Positions 10,219 through 19,152 of a stretch of 64,000 nt of DNA are shown piece by piece. Numbering within the stretch: position 1 is the first letter of the stretch; each line of letters opens with the position of its first letter. Under the pieces are notes generated by a model. It was given only the letters and a program-made list of their open reading frames with translations, did no database searches and had not been told where the DNA came from. A program made the translations under genes and the position numbers. Where the stretch lies: positions 192,001 to 256,000 of the forward strand of contig JBNKOC010000016.1 of NCBI GenBank assembly GCA_050294405.1. Direction: 5' to 3'. This stretch comes from Fibrobacteria bacterium (GTDB lineage Bacteria > Fibrobacterota > Fibrobacteria > UBA11236 > JADFYW01).

Positions 10219-10422
10219 CTACACAATGCGGTAGGTTCTAAACAGCACTCTTAAAAATACATCCAGCCAGCCCCCCACAATTCCAAAGTGTATTTTAGAA
10301 CGCTCCAGGAATTTTAAAGTAATTAGTTTTGGCAGGTTCACTACTATATCAAGCAATAAAGCTACCCAAAATCCACATCCTACCCAAAGTGCTACGAAAC
10401 CGATCCAAATAATGCTTTTCAT
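10219..10422 (-). CDS. Small membrane protein (67 aa)
   Basis: ATG at 10422 with AGGAGG RBS; hydrophobic N-terminal helix. Confidence 0.55.
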   Translation of the reverse strand: MKSIIWIGFVALWVGCGFWVALLLDIVVNLPKLITLKFLERSKIHFGIVGGWLDVFLRVLFRTYRIV

Positions 10423-10509
10423 TTTTTCCTCCTGGTTTAACCAAAAAATGATAGATGTATAAGACAACTAAACATCTGATACAAAACTATTATTTTTGAA
10501 TCTGGCAAT

Positions 10510-10527
10510 CTGTGACCTGGGTCACAG
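10510..10527. promoter_or_regulatory. CRP/FNR-family-type palindromic site TGTGA-N6-TCACA
   Basis: CTGTGACC-TG-GGTCACAG in the intergenic DNA upstream of the minus-strand 10422 gene. Confidence 0.55.
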
Positions 10528-10549
10528 GGGAAAGGGAGTGTGATTTAGA

Positions 10550-13294
10550 TCAAATTTGTATTTCGCAACCGAAAAACAAAAAGGGAAAGGGCCAGTTAAG
10601 CTCCGCGGCTTTAAGTTGTCCGGTCTTTGCATCCCGGGAAAAATAATTGGGACGGTTAAAAGCATTCCAAATTTCCATATATGTTTTTAATGAGTAACCA
10701 AACAAACGCGAGTTTTTTCCAAGTCTGATATCCGCCCGGCTATACACAGCCAGTTCACCGGAATTTCTTTGGCCAATGTATATTAAATCCTGCTCTCCAT
10801 ATAAATTAGGATCATCCTGCAAAGTTCCAGAGTATGGAGTGTAGGGATGGCCTGCAGCCATTTGAAAAGAAAAACTTATTTCGTATTGGCTGGGCATTTT
10901 AAAATAATTTATCCAGTTCATGGCCCAGGGCCTGAAGTAGCGGTATTCATAAGTAACTTCTCTGGGAGAATCTTTTCTATAACTTTTGTTGGCCTCCAAA
11001 GTAACCCAGCCAAACCAGGTAGGAGAATATTGATAGTATAAGCCTAACTCTCCTCCAAAGGCTTGTCCGCTGCCCTCATTGAGGTAACTGATATTCTGGT
11101 CTCCAAACAGAAAAAGAGCCTGGGAAGTCTGTTCTTCATTGAGGCCTGCAAGGCCACCTGAGTTTTTAATATAGTCCCTTAGGTACATCTGGGTTTCTGG
11201 GGAAATTCCTGAGTATGGCCGCGGAATCAAAAGGCTCTGGGCGTCTATTTCCCCCTGGGGAATAAGAATGGGGTTTACCAGGTCCCAGTACTTTTTATAA
11301 TAAGCCCCCAGCTTAATCTGGTATTTGGGACTAATGTCCCAGGAATAGGAAGAATTGAAGTTGGCGGATTTTTCGGACTTTAATTTAAAGTTGGAAGCCC
11401 TTTGGTAAAAGGGCAAAAAACTCTGATTGTGAAGTCCCAGGGAAAATTGAATTTGCTGTGAGGGATTTAAGTTGTGGGCGTATTGGGCCGAAGGGTTCCA
11501 GAAAATTTCTTCACTGAGGCTCTCTCTCTCCATTCTGCTGCCCAAATACAAATGTGAATTTTGATTCAAACTTCCTTCCCAGCTTGCAAATCCGGCAAGA
11601 GTTTGGGATTTGTATTCCCCCAGATGGTTAAACTGTATGCGCAGGGGAAGTTCTCCTAAATGGTCAAAAGTCCCCTTGGTTAAATCTATTCGCTGGATTT
11701 CAAAATTTTTGCTGGTATAAAATCCAAGGGCATCCAACATGTCCATGTTGCTGTTTAAAATCACATCGTAAAGGGGATAGGGCATTTGAGCCAGGTACTT
11801 GTTTCTGTTTTCCTGCAGGGAAAATCCCAAATTGTATTGCTGGTTTTTCTTTGTTTTGATATTTAAGAGAGACTTTAAATTTACTTGCTGTTGTTGCAAA
11901 TCCATGGCCAGAGGCCCTTCCACTTCCAACCCCTCTTTAAAGAGCACGTTCTGGCCCAATTGCTGGTATCCAGCAGATCCAGTCCATAACATATGGTCAT
12001 TTATATACCATTGGTAATTCAAAATATGCGCCTGTCCCTTTACTTGTAATTGGGAGAGAGAGTCCACTGCTAATTTTTTGGAGCGGTTGATTTCCTGGCG
12101 GGGAAATAAATTTACATCGGGAATAACATTGGAACCGGGGTTTAAGGTGGGGTCCGGTTTGGGTAAAATATTTTGAGCGGCGGGTATTACGATTTGGTAA
12201 TCGTCCTGGCTTATAAATCCGGAATAATTCACATAGTGGTTTTCGGCAGGAGTGTAAAACAGGCCCCATTGGTGATCCTGGAATTCGGGAAGGTTAAGCC
12301 GCTGTTTATAGCTTTCAATGTCCGAATTAAAATTGCTGTCAGAGGATGTATAGGATATACCTGTAAGTAAACTGTGGAGAGTTTTGCCAAACAAAAAATA
12401 CTGCCCTCCGCCCTGGACAGATAACTTGTTTTTTAAAATGGGGGTTTCAGCATACCAGTTGCTGCGCAACATACTGGCTTCTCCAAACAAATGCAGGCTG
12501 TCCGTGGATGGCTGGCGCAAATCAATTAGTATTTGCCCCGAAAGCCCTTGCTCCTCTTCCGCCCGAATTAAGGAAGAGCGCAATTCCAGTTTTTCCACGC
12601 TTTCCAGGTTGAAATTGGAAAATACTCCGCCAGTGTGGTATGGTTGTAACATGGGAATGCCATTTAAAAAGACCCGCACCTCTTCCCATTTTCCCCCACG
12701 GATGTATGGTTTAGCATTCAAATCATTTTGATTTTGTATTCCCGGGGTGCGTCCCAGACTTCTTATGGGATCTCCCATAGTGGAGGACATAATCTTAATA
12801 TGCTCTCTTTCCAACTCAAAGCTCTCCACAGGGACTTTTTTTGATACTACCCTATGGGTTTTTAGCTCCAAAGGCACAAAAGCCTTACCTATAGTTTTAG
12901 CTTGTTTTGGTAGAATAGCCGGCTTTAATATTTCTGGATTGATGTTAGTTTCGCTTTTCGCAGAATCGCTTCCATCAGGAGCTATTAGACTGTCCAGGGG
13001 GCGGTTGTCGTGAACAAATGGTATTTTCCCCAATGTTTCTGGCGGGTTATCTAAAACAGTTTCTGATGTTTTATCTGTTTGTGGGAGACTGTCAGCCGCA
13101 GTTCCGATTGTGTTGGGGCTTTCATATATGCTTGAGTCTGCATAGGTTTTTGATTTGGTTTGGGTTGATGCAAATATCTGGCTGCTGAAGGAGAAAAAAT
13201 AAAGGGATATCCAAACTATGCGGGTGTTTTTTATAACACCTAATAAAAATAGGACTACTGGGTTTGGCAAGGAAAAGCTCTTTAAAACTTCCAC
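10550..13294 (-). CDS. TonB-dependent receptor (start uncertain)
   Basis: Plug motifs GDPIRSLGRTPGI and PYIRGG..VFLNGIP; beta-strand-rich barrel; EIWNAFNR near the C-terminus. Confidence 0.82.
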   Translation of the reverse strand: MEVLKSFSLPNPVVLFLLGVIKNTRIVWISLYFFSFSSQIFASTQTKSKTYADSSIYESPNTIGTAADSLPQTDKTSETVLDNPPETLGKIPFVHDNRPLDSLIAPDGSDSAKSETNINPEILKPAILPKQAKTIGKAFVPLELKTHRVVSKKVPVESFELEREHIKIMSSTMGDPIRSLGRTPGIQNQNDLNAKPYIRGGKWEEVRVFLNGIPMLQPYHTGGVFSNFNLESVEKLELRSSLIRAEEEQGLSGQILIDLRQPSTDSLHLFGEASMLRSNWYAETPILKNKLSVQGGGQYFLFGKTLHSLLTGISYTSSDSNFNSDIESYKQRLNLPEFQDHQWGLFYTPAENHYVNYSGFISQDDYQIVIPAAQNILPKPDPTLNPGSNVIPDVNLFPRQEINRSKKLAVDSLSQLQVKGQAHILNYQWYINDHMLWTGSAGYQQLGQNVLFKEGLEVEGPLAMDLQQQQVNLKSLLNIKTKKNQQYNLGFSLQENRNKYLAQMPYPLYDVILNSNMDMLDALGFYTSKNFEIQRIDLTKGTFDHLGELPLRIQFNHLGEYKSQTLAGFASWEGSLNQNSHLYLGSRMERESLSEEIFWNPSAQYAHNLNPSQQIQFSLGLHNQSFLPFYQRASNFKLKSEKSANFNSSYSWDISPKYQIKLGAYYKKYWDLVNPILIPQGEIDAQSLLIPRPYSGISPETQMYLRDYIKNSGGLAGLNEEQTSQALFLFGDQNISYLNEGSGQAFGGELGLYYQYSPTWFGWVTLEANKSYRKDSPREVTYEYRYFRPWAMNWINYFKMPSQYEISFSFQMAAGHPYTPYSGTLQDDPNLYGEQDLIYIGQRNSGELAVYSRADIRLGKNSRLFGYSLKTYMEIWNAFNRPNYFSRDAKTGQLKAAELNWPFPFLFFGCEIQI

Positions 13295-14073
13295 GCCACC
13301 CCCAGATTAAAATCCCACAATAAGGGACCCACATCCTCCTTGCGGATTTTTCGATTGCCATTGGCAATTTGGGGAAATGTCATATTAAGGTGAGGAATAA
13401 TAACATCGGGTAAAATGAGAATTTCCGGTAAACTCAGAGCAAGACCTGAGCCCAGTTGAAAGACCCACTCCTGTTTTCGGGGCAGGGGATCTTCAAAATC
13501 CTCATTTAAAACTTCGCTCACCTGGGTAGCAAGCCAGGTTTCTCTGGCGGCAAAAAACAATTCGTGACTTTTAAAAGGAAGACTAAGGGCATATTCGCCA
13601 AAAAAAGAATTGTCTGCCCAGATGCCAATGCCCCAACCCGCGGACAATTTATGGTATAAAGGCAGCTTAGAAATTCCGGGAAGTCCCAATGCCATTTTAA
13701 ATTCCATGGAAGCCGGGTTCGTGGGAAGTTCCAAATGCCATTCCAGTTCAACTCCCTTGAAGGGACCCCAGTTGTCCCTAACTCCCAGCCGGTAATTAAA
13801 ACTGCCCTTGGGAATGTAGCTCACTGAACTGTATTCAAAACTGCCTGTTCCATTTAGTTGCCCGCACCACTCCGCGTTTCCCGTGGTATCGGCGATTATT
13901 TCCACACACTTCCACAAGGGTTGACGTCCGCCACCCAGGGTGACCTGGCTGCTTCCTGCGGGCAGGGTTTTAGCTCCTGAAAAATGATGGGTGGAGTATA
14001 GGCAATGGTTAAAAACCAGCGCAAAGGCTAGAGGAATCCATTTTTTTCCAGGTTTGTAAAATGGCATGGGCAA
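13282..14073 (-). CDS. Hypothetical outer-membrane protein/lipoprotein
   Basis: Lipobox-like LVFNHC, amphipathic strands, terminal Phe; coupled to the TonB receptor. Confidence 0.65.
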   Translation of the reverse strand: MPMPFYKPGKKWIPLAFALVFNHCLYSTHHFSGAKTLPAGSSQVTLGGGRQPLWKCVEIIADTTGNAEWCGQLNGTGSFEYSSVSYIPKGSFNYRLGVRDNWGPFKGVELEWHLELPTNPASMEFKMALGLPGISKLPLYHKLSAGWGIGIWADNSFFGEYALSLPFKSHELFFAARETWLATQVSEVLNEDFEDPLPRKQEWVFQLGSGLALSLPEILILPDVIIPHLNMTFPQIANGNRKIRKEDVGPLLWDFNLGVAWKF

Positions 14074-14201
14074 AGAGCAAAAAACCGTTTGCCCTAATTT
14101 ATATTAAAGAGCCTTTGCCTTTGTCACACACTTGTAAAAAAGCAAAGAATATTTTTTTGCCTGTAAGGCAGGCTAAAAGGATATTATTCTTTGAGAATTA
14201 A

Positions 14202-15176
14202 ATGAAAATCGGGAATTTTTTTATTGCGCTGGCAGTTGCCAGCCTTGGACATGCTTTGGCTTTGGACTACAACCTGGAATTCCAGGGTCTTGGAGGTTTG
14301 GAAACCGGTCGCAATTTGGAAAGCGGAGAAACGGGGCCAGATTTTTTTATTACCCCGGAAATCTCCGGTAGTATTTCCCTTCCCAAAATAAAATGGGGCC
14401 GTCCCGAAATTTTTGCGGATTACAGCACAGATTTATTTTTAAACTCCGCACATAACCACAGTTTTGAATTGGGTTCCAAGCTTATGCAGCCCAAGCCGAA
14501 GCTTAATTTTTTTGAGGAAGTTTCTCTGGGTTATTCCAGGGAAACCGGCAACGAAGATTTGGATAATTTAGGCAGCAGTTTTTATGGAGCGGCTCGGGGA
14601 GGGTTTAAAACTAAATGGAAGCATCCCCTTCGGGCAAAGCTTTCCTGTATGTATACAGAGGATTTTGAAGCCAACAGGAGGGATATTAAATTAATGTCCC
14701 AGGTTTCTGTGAGTTTTACCAACTGGCCCTTATTTCGCCCTTCTGTGGGGTTAAATTATGGAAGAAATTTTAGCGACTCTCTCTATACATATAATTTTGT
14801 GGGGCTCCAATTCTATGGCATATATTTTTTAAATGACAACAATTACCTCTTGGGAGCCGGGCAATTGAGTAACCGGAGTTATCCTCTAATGTCGCAAGAA
14901 GGTGGGGGGCAAAAGGAAAAAAAGAGAAAGGCCAGTGATACCACTGATGTCAATCCAAACCCTGGAAATGGAAATGGTGGAGGGGATATGAGTGAAGTCC
15001 TCCCAAGGGCTCAAATGACTTATTTTCAATTAAATTTTTATCATATTTTTCATGAGAAGTTGGAGTGGGTAGTGGGCGGACTTGTGATGGCTAATTTCTA
15101 TTCAGAAAATTTTGGACTGTCCGAATCTGTGTTTTACGCTTTCCGCCTGGAATCCGGTCTGGTTTACCAATTTTAA
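14202..15176 (+). CDS. Hypothetical outer-membrane beta-barrel protein
   Basis: Signal peptide, alternating strands, C-terminal GLVYQF. Confidence 0.65.
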   Translation: MKIGNFFIALAVASLGHALALDYNLEFQGLGGLETGRNLESGETGPDFFITPEISGSISLPKIKWGRPEIFADYSTDLFLNSAHNHSFELGSKLMQPKPKLNFFEEVSLGYSRETGNEDLDNLGSSFYGAARGGFKTKWKHPLRAKLSCMYTEDFEANRRDIKLMSQVSVSFTNWPLFRPSVGLNYGRNFSDSLYTYNFVGLQFYGIYFLNDNNYLLGAGQLSNRSYPLMSQEGGGQKEKKRKASDTTDVNPNPGNGNGGGDMSEVLPRAQMTYFQLNFYHIFHEKLEWVVGGLVMANFYSENFGLSESVFYAFRLESGLVYQF

Positions 15177-15263
15177 GTCAAATAGGGTTATTTGAGGATT
15201 TTAAAGTGAAAAAATGCGGTTTTTTAAACTTATGAAAAAGTTTGCTTATTTAGGCTTTGCAAA

Positions 15264-15290
15264 TGTAACCGCTTGTTATTTGCTAACGTA
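15264..15290 (+). promoter_or_regulatory. ECF sigma promoter (-35 TGTAACC, 16 nt spacer, -10 CGTA)
   Basis: Canonical ECF AAC/CGT elements 41 bp upstream of the ECF gene; same layout at 17180. Confidence 0.75.
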
Positions 15291-15331
15291 TATTAGTTAT
15301 ATAGCCCATTTTAACTTTAGCGGCTGGATTT

Positions 15332-15829
15332 ATGGGCCGTAAAGAGGAGGAGTGGGTTGAAAACCTGGTTCGTGAATACACAGGTCTGGTTTACAGCATA
15401 GCGTTTCGCATTTTGCGGAATTCGGAGGAAGCCAGCGATGTGGTTCAGGAGACCTTTATTAAGCTGTATAAAAATATTGATAAGTATAAAGAAGAGAAAA
15501 ATTTAAAAAACTGGATTTACACCATTGCCTTAAATAGCGCCAGAGATGCATACCGGAAGCAAAAGAGAAAAGGAGAAGAAGCGGTGGATACAGAATTGGT
15601 ATCGGATTCAACCCAGCATAATGATGTTATAGAAGATAGGTTGCTATTGGAAAAAGTTATTTTAAATCTAACAGAAGATCAAAAGCAAGTGGTGCAACTT
15701 TATTATTTTGAAAGCATGAATATTGCGGAAATCTCCGAGATACTTGAAATTAACGAATCTCTGGTAAAGGTGCGTCTGCACAGGGCCCGCAAAGCCATGT
15801 TGGGATATGCCGAGGAACTCGATGTCTAA
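15332..15829 (+). CDS. ECF RNA polymerase sigma-70 factor
   Basis: Region 2 (DVVQETFIKLY, WIYTIALN) and region 4 (EISEILEI..VKVRLHRAR). Confidence 0.93.
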   Translation: MGRKEEEWVENLVREYTGLVYSIAFRILRNSEEASDVVQETFIKLYKNIDKYKEEKNLKNWIYTIALNSARDAYRKQKRKGEEAVDTELVSDSTQHNDVIEDRLLLEKVILNLTEDQKQVVQLYYFESMNIAEISEILEINESLVKVRLHRARKAMLGYAEELDV

Positions 15830-16475
15830 CTGCGAACAAATATACGATTACCTGGACGAGTTGGCTCAGGGAAAAAGCGATGCTGTTCCCAAAGACATTC
15901 TGGAACACGCCATGAACTGCGAGGCCTGCCATCGCAGAGTAAAGGCCTGGACCCGTCTAGTGGGAAAAATGAAGTTCAGCGAATTTATTTCCGTTCCCGA
16001 GGGTTTGGAAGAGCGGGTGCTCAATGCCCTTAAGGAAGAACGGCAAAAAGATACCCTTGAAGAAAAAATTATCAGGGTCAATTGGTGGAAGCCTGTGGCT
16101 ATGGCGGCGGGTATTTCTCTTTTTGCCTTGGGCTCTTACTTCTATATATCCAATAAAAATGTATCGGATCTAAAGCAAATGGCTAAAGAGTCTATGGTTT
16201 CGAAAGAAATGGATTCAGCCAGGGAATTAAAAATCACTTTGTATTTGCCCGAAGCCCAGTCTGTGGCCTTGGTTGGCGATTTTAATGGTTGGAACAAATC
16301 TAACCTTTTGTTGAAAAAAGATGAAAATGGATTTTGGGCTATTCGTATTCCCCTGGAGCAGGGATATTACCAATACCAGTTGCTTGTGAATGGTGATAAC
16401 TGGGTTCTGGATCCAAATAATAAAACTCAGGTGGAGGATGGCTTTGGTGGGGTAAATTCCGCAGTGCTTATTTAG
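15822..16475 (+). CDS. Zinc-finger anti-sigma factor with TM helix and C-terminal CBM48/AMPK-beta-like glycogen-binding domain
   Basis: C...HAMNCEAC (HxxxCxxC), one TM helix, VALVGDFNGW..G.YQYQLLVNG..W..DP..DGFGG.NS; ATG at 15822 with GAGGA. Confidence 0.85.
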   Translation: MSNCEQIYDYLDELAQGKSDAVPKDILEHAMNCEACHRRVKAWTRLVGKMKFSEFISVPEGLEERVLNALKEERQKDTLEEKIIRVNWWKPVAMAAGISLFALGSYFYISNKNVSDLKQMAKESMVSKEMDSARELKITLYLPEAQSVALVGDFNGWNKSNLLLKKDENGFWAIRIPLEQGYYQYQLLVNGDNWVLDPNNKTQVEDGFGGVNSAVLI

Positions 16476-16476
16476 T

Positions 16477-17184
16477 ATGAAAAGTCTGTTGTCCAAAATA
16501 TTTACCCTATCTATCCTTTTTTCTGGATTGAGTTTTTCTGCCTGGGACGGCTTAGATCCCAAAACAGAATCTGCCATTCAATACATACTGGAAAAAGCCG
16601 AGGCCCAAGGCCATTCCAAAGAGCTGCTGGAACGCAAAATCCAAGAGGGTTTGGCCAAGGGAAAATCCAGTTCTCAAATTTTAAAGGCTTTAGAGCAGAG
16701 GTTTTTAAAGTTGCAGGAAATTTCCAGCGAAATGGAAGGCCATAAAAATATCGAAAAGGCTCTGTTGATAAAAGAGCGGGCCTCACAGCCAAAGAGTATT
16801 CCGGATGCGGCAAATAAACATTTAGCAAATGTTAAGGATAAACCAACTGAACCCAAAGCTAAGAAAACAAAGCCAAAGAGCTTGAACAAACATCCAAAGG
16901 AAAAGGATAAAAAGAAAGACAACAAAGCTCCCAAACATGTGGCTAAAAAACCTAAAGTTGCGCCAGAGCCAGTTCACGAAAAGCAGGCCAGAAAAACAAA
17001 AGAGCCCAAGTCTGCGGATTTAGACAAAAAATCCAAAAAGCTTGAGAAAATGGAAGCTAAGGCCAAAGATAAAGCAGAAAAAGAGCAGGAAAAACTGGAT
17101 AAAAAAGCCCAAAAGCTTGAAAAAAAGCTGGAAGAAAAAGAAAGGGCTCTAGAAAAAAAAGAAAAAAAGCTTTTAGATATGTAA
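16477..17184 (+). CDS. Secreted protein with helical N-domain and Lys/Glu-rich tail
   Basis: Signal peptide, KIQEGLAKG motif, low-complexity K/E coiled coil. Confidence 0.7.
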   Translation: MKSLLSKIFTLSILFSGLSFSAWDGLDPKTESAIQYILEKAEAQGHSKELLERKIQEGLAKGKSSSQILKALEQRFLKLQEISSEMEGHKNIEKALLIKERASQPKSIPDAANKHLANVKDKPTEPKAKKTKPKSLNKHPKEKDKKKDNKAPKHVAKKPKVAPEPVHEKQARKTKEPKSADLDKKSKKLEKMEAKAKDKAEKEQEKLDKKAQKLEKKLEEKERALEKKEKKLLDM

Positions 17185-17206
17185 CCTTTCTTAAGTCCTC
17201 CTCGTA
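17180..17206 (+). promoter_or_regulatory. Second ECF promoter (TGTAACC-N16-CGTA)
   Basis: Same elements and spacing as 15264..15290; 27 bp upstream of the 17234 ATG. Confidence 0.72.
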
Positions 17207-17233
17207 AAGTTTGTGTAATACAGGAGGACGCAA

Positions 17234-17695
17234 ATGAAAATCCAACACATATTATTTGCTTTATTTATTTCCCTGCCCCTTTACGCGCAAGAAGAGGTGG
17301 AAGAGGAAAATCAGGAAGAAGTTGCTGAAGAGGCAGATAACAACAAGGCTTCCAAGATTGGCGACGAGTTTGAAATTTCTGCAGATTCCGTAGACTTTTT
17401 AAAAGACAGCTACAAAATTGGTTATGGTGGAATACACCACGCTTTAGTGTTGGCAGAAAAGTCCGGTAAAACTGTAGATGAAATTCTAGCCATGAAGACC
17501 GAAGATAAAATGGGCTGGGGAAAAATCACCAAGGAATTGGGATTGAAGCCCGGCAAAGATTATCGCCTGGACGAAGATGAAATTGAAGCAAAACTAAGCA
17601 AAGCCAGAGGCCCCGAAAAGAAAGCCGAAAAAATGCAGGCTAAAATGGAAAGAGCCGAAGCCAGAGCCGAAAAGAAAAAGAACAAAAATAAATAG
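17234..17695 (+). CDS. Secreted hypothetical protein with MGWGKITKELGLKPG motif
   Basis: AGGAGG RBS, signal peptide, acidic N-part and basic C-tail. Confidence 0.75.
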   Translation: MKIQHILFALFISLPLYAQEEVEEENQEEVAEEADNNKASKIGDEFEISADSVDFLKDSYKIGYGGIHHALVLAEKSGKTVDEILAMKTEDKMGWGKITKELGLKPGKDYRLDEDEIEAKLSKARGPEKKAEKMQAKMERAEARAEKKKNKNK

Positions 17696-17709
17696 TTTAG
17701 GGCAAATCG

Positions 17710-17759
17710 CCCCGGATTTGAAACTAGTGTTTCCCGATTGCTAGCAGTAAAATCCGGGG
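17710..17759. repeat. Inverted repeat / stem-loop between convergent genes
   Basis: CCCCGGATTT...AAATCCGGGG arms with inner CTAG/CTAG. Confidence 0.55.
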
Positions 17760-17772
17760 TAACCCATATACA

Positions 17773-19152
17773 TTAAGCCCCCCTCACACATTTTTGATAT
17801 AAACTAGGCTGGCGTCCCTTAGGGTCGTATTTGGCTTTTAATTCATTATATACATCCCCGTTGTAAAGCTCCCAAAACTCAGTCTCGCTGTAATAAGAAT
17901 CAGAATACAGGGATTTTTTTCCTTTAAGTTCCCGGACCTTATTTTCAATTAGCCTGTTGTAATATCCCGCTTCCTTGTTAGTGGGAACCACATCCCAAAA
18001 CCCAAAATTAAGGTATAGGGAGTTTGGGTCCATGGGGTAGAGGCTGTATTTTTTTTTGGAATCTAATTGCCGGGTAGGGCAAACCCACACCGGCAAAATC
18101 TGTATGTTATCCAGAAAAAAGTCCAGATATGCTTTGCTGTTTGCAAAGGGTATTTCCACATCCTGAATAATGGCTTCTTTTCTACCGGTTATTTTATCCA
18201 GGGCTTTAGTGATGCCCAATTTGCTAGCTTTGGAACGTATTTTCCAATATGTTGTGGAGCGCAACCTGTCCCTGCCATATAATTTCCGAATCCAGGGCAC
18301 TTGAGCCAAAAAATGCTTGCTGCACCAAAACCAATCTGTATCCCAGCGCCAGATGTAATCTTTAGCGCTAAGGTAATCCTCGTTGCGGCTGAGCAGACTT
18401 GGGTAATATATGTTCATAAAGCTATAATCATTGGCGTAGGGCGCCGCATCGCAAAACGCCCCCGTGGTGATAACATATTGGTTTTTGGAAAAAACCACTC
18501 CCTCCACAAAATCCAGTTGGTCTTTTTGCCCGCAAAAATTTTCCATGGCCTCTAAAAATTCCTGGCTTTGGTTATAACTGTGGTGCTGCAAATGAATATA
18601 GGGTTTAATGGGAATTATTTTGACTCGAACCCGAAGCGCGTAGCCCAAAGTTCCGTAAGAATTGGGAAAGGCGTAAAACAAGTCCTGGTATTGGTTATGG
18701 GGAGTGGCTGTTATAATTTGCCCAGCAGGAGTTAAAATATCCAGCTCCAAAATTGTTTCGTGCACTAAACCGAATTTAAAGGAGGAAGACTCAATGCCAA
18801 TTCCGGTAACCGCTCCTCCAATGGTAATGGTTTTTAATTCAGGAACCACTGTGGGCATAAAACCCTTGGGGATTAATGCCGCCACGCAGTTTTCGTAGGT
18901 GGTCATACCCTCAAAATCCGCCCAACCCTCTTGGCGGTTGATTTGAATGTAACTGTTAAAATGGCTTAAGTTAAAACCATTCCCCGACTTTGCCGCCCGA
19001 TGGCGGAACAGGTTAGAAGTGGATTTTTGCAGCCCAAAATCATTGGAGTCTGATGTATCCAGTCTTTTTTGCAAGGCTGTTATTTTGTCCCGGTAGTTTT
19101 TTGGAAATAACTGAACCGAGTTATCGAATGGAATGGTAACCACCCTTTTCAC
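17773..19152 (-). CDS. FAD-binding oxidoreductase (DHCR24/TmsA-like methylene-lipid reductase)
   Basis: KSTSNLFR, VVPELKTITIGGAVTGIGIESSSF, PNSYGTLGY, DYIWRWDTDWFWCS, KSLYSDSYY, KYDP. Confidence 0.8.
   Translation of the reverse strand: MKRVVTIPFDNSVQLFPKNYRDKITALQKRLDTSDSNDFGLQKSTSNLFRHRAAKSGNGFNLSHFNSYIQINRQEGWADFEGMTTYENCVAALIPKGFMPTVVPELKTITIGGAVTGIGIESSSFKFGLVHETILELDILTPAGQIITATPHNQYQDLFYAFPNSYGTLGYALRVRVKIIPIKPYIHLQHHSYNQSQEFLEAMENFCGQKDQLDFVEGVVFSKNQYVITTGAFCDAAPYANDYSFMNIYYPSLLSRNEDYLSAKDYIWRWDTDWFWCSKHFLAQVPWIRKLYGRDRLRSTTYWKIRSKASKLGITKALDKITGRKEAIIQDVEIPFANSKAYLDFFLDNIQILPVWVCPTRQLDSKKKYSLYPMDPNSLYLNFGFWDVVPTNKEAGYYNRLIENKVRELKGKKSLYSDSYYSETEFWELYNGDVYNELKAKYDPKGRQPSLYQKCVRGA

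Noticed and set aside
14650..14657. Extra TGTATACA copy
   Set aside because: Inside a CDS, unpaired and without A/T-tract flanks; likely chance
16800..17184. A-rich quasi-repeats that might suggest a tandem array or CRISPR
   Set aside because: Explained by Lys/Glu-rich coding sequence; no fixed repeat-spacer period and no cas genes
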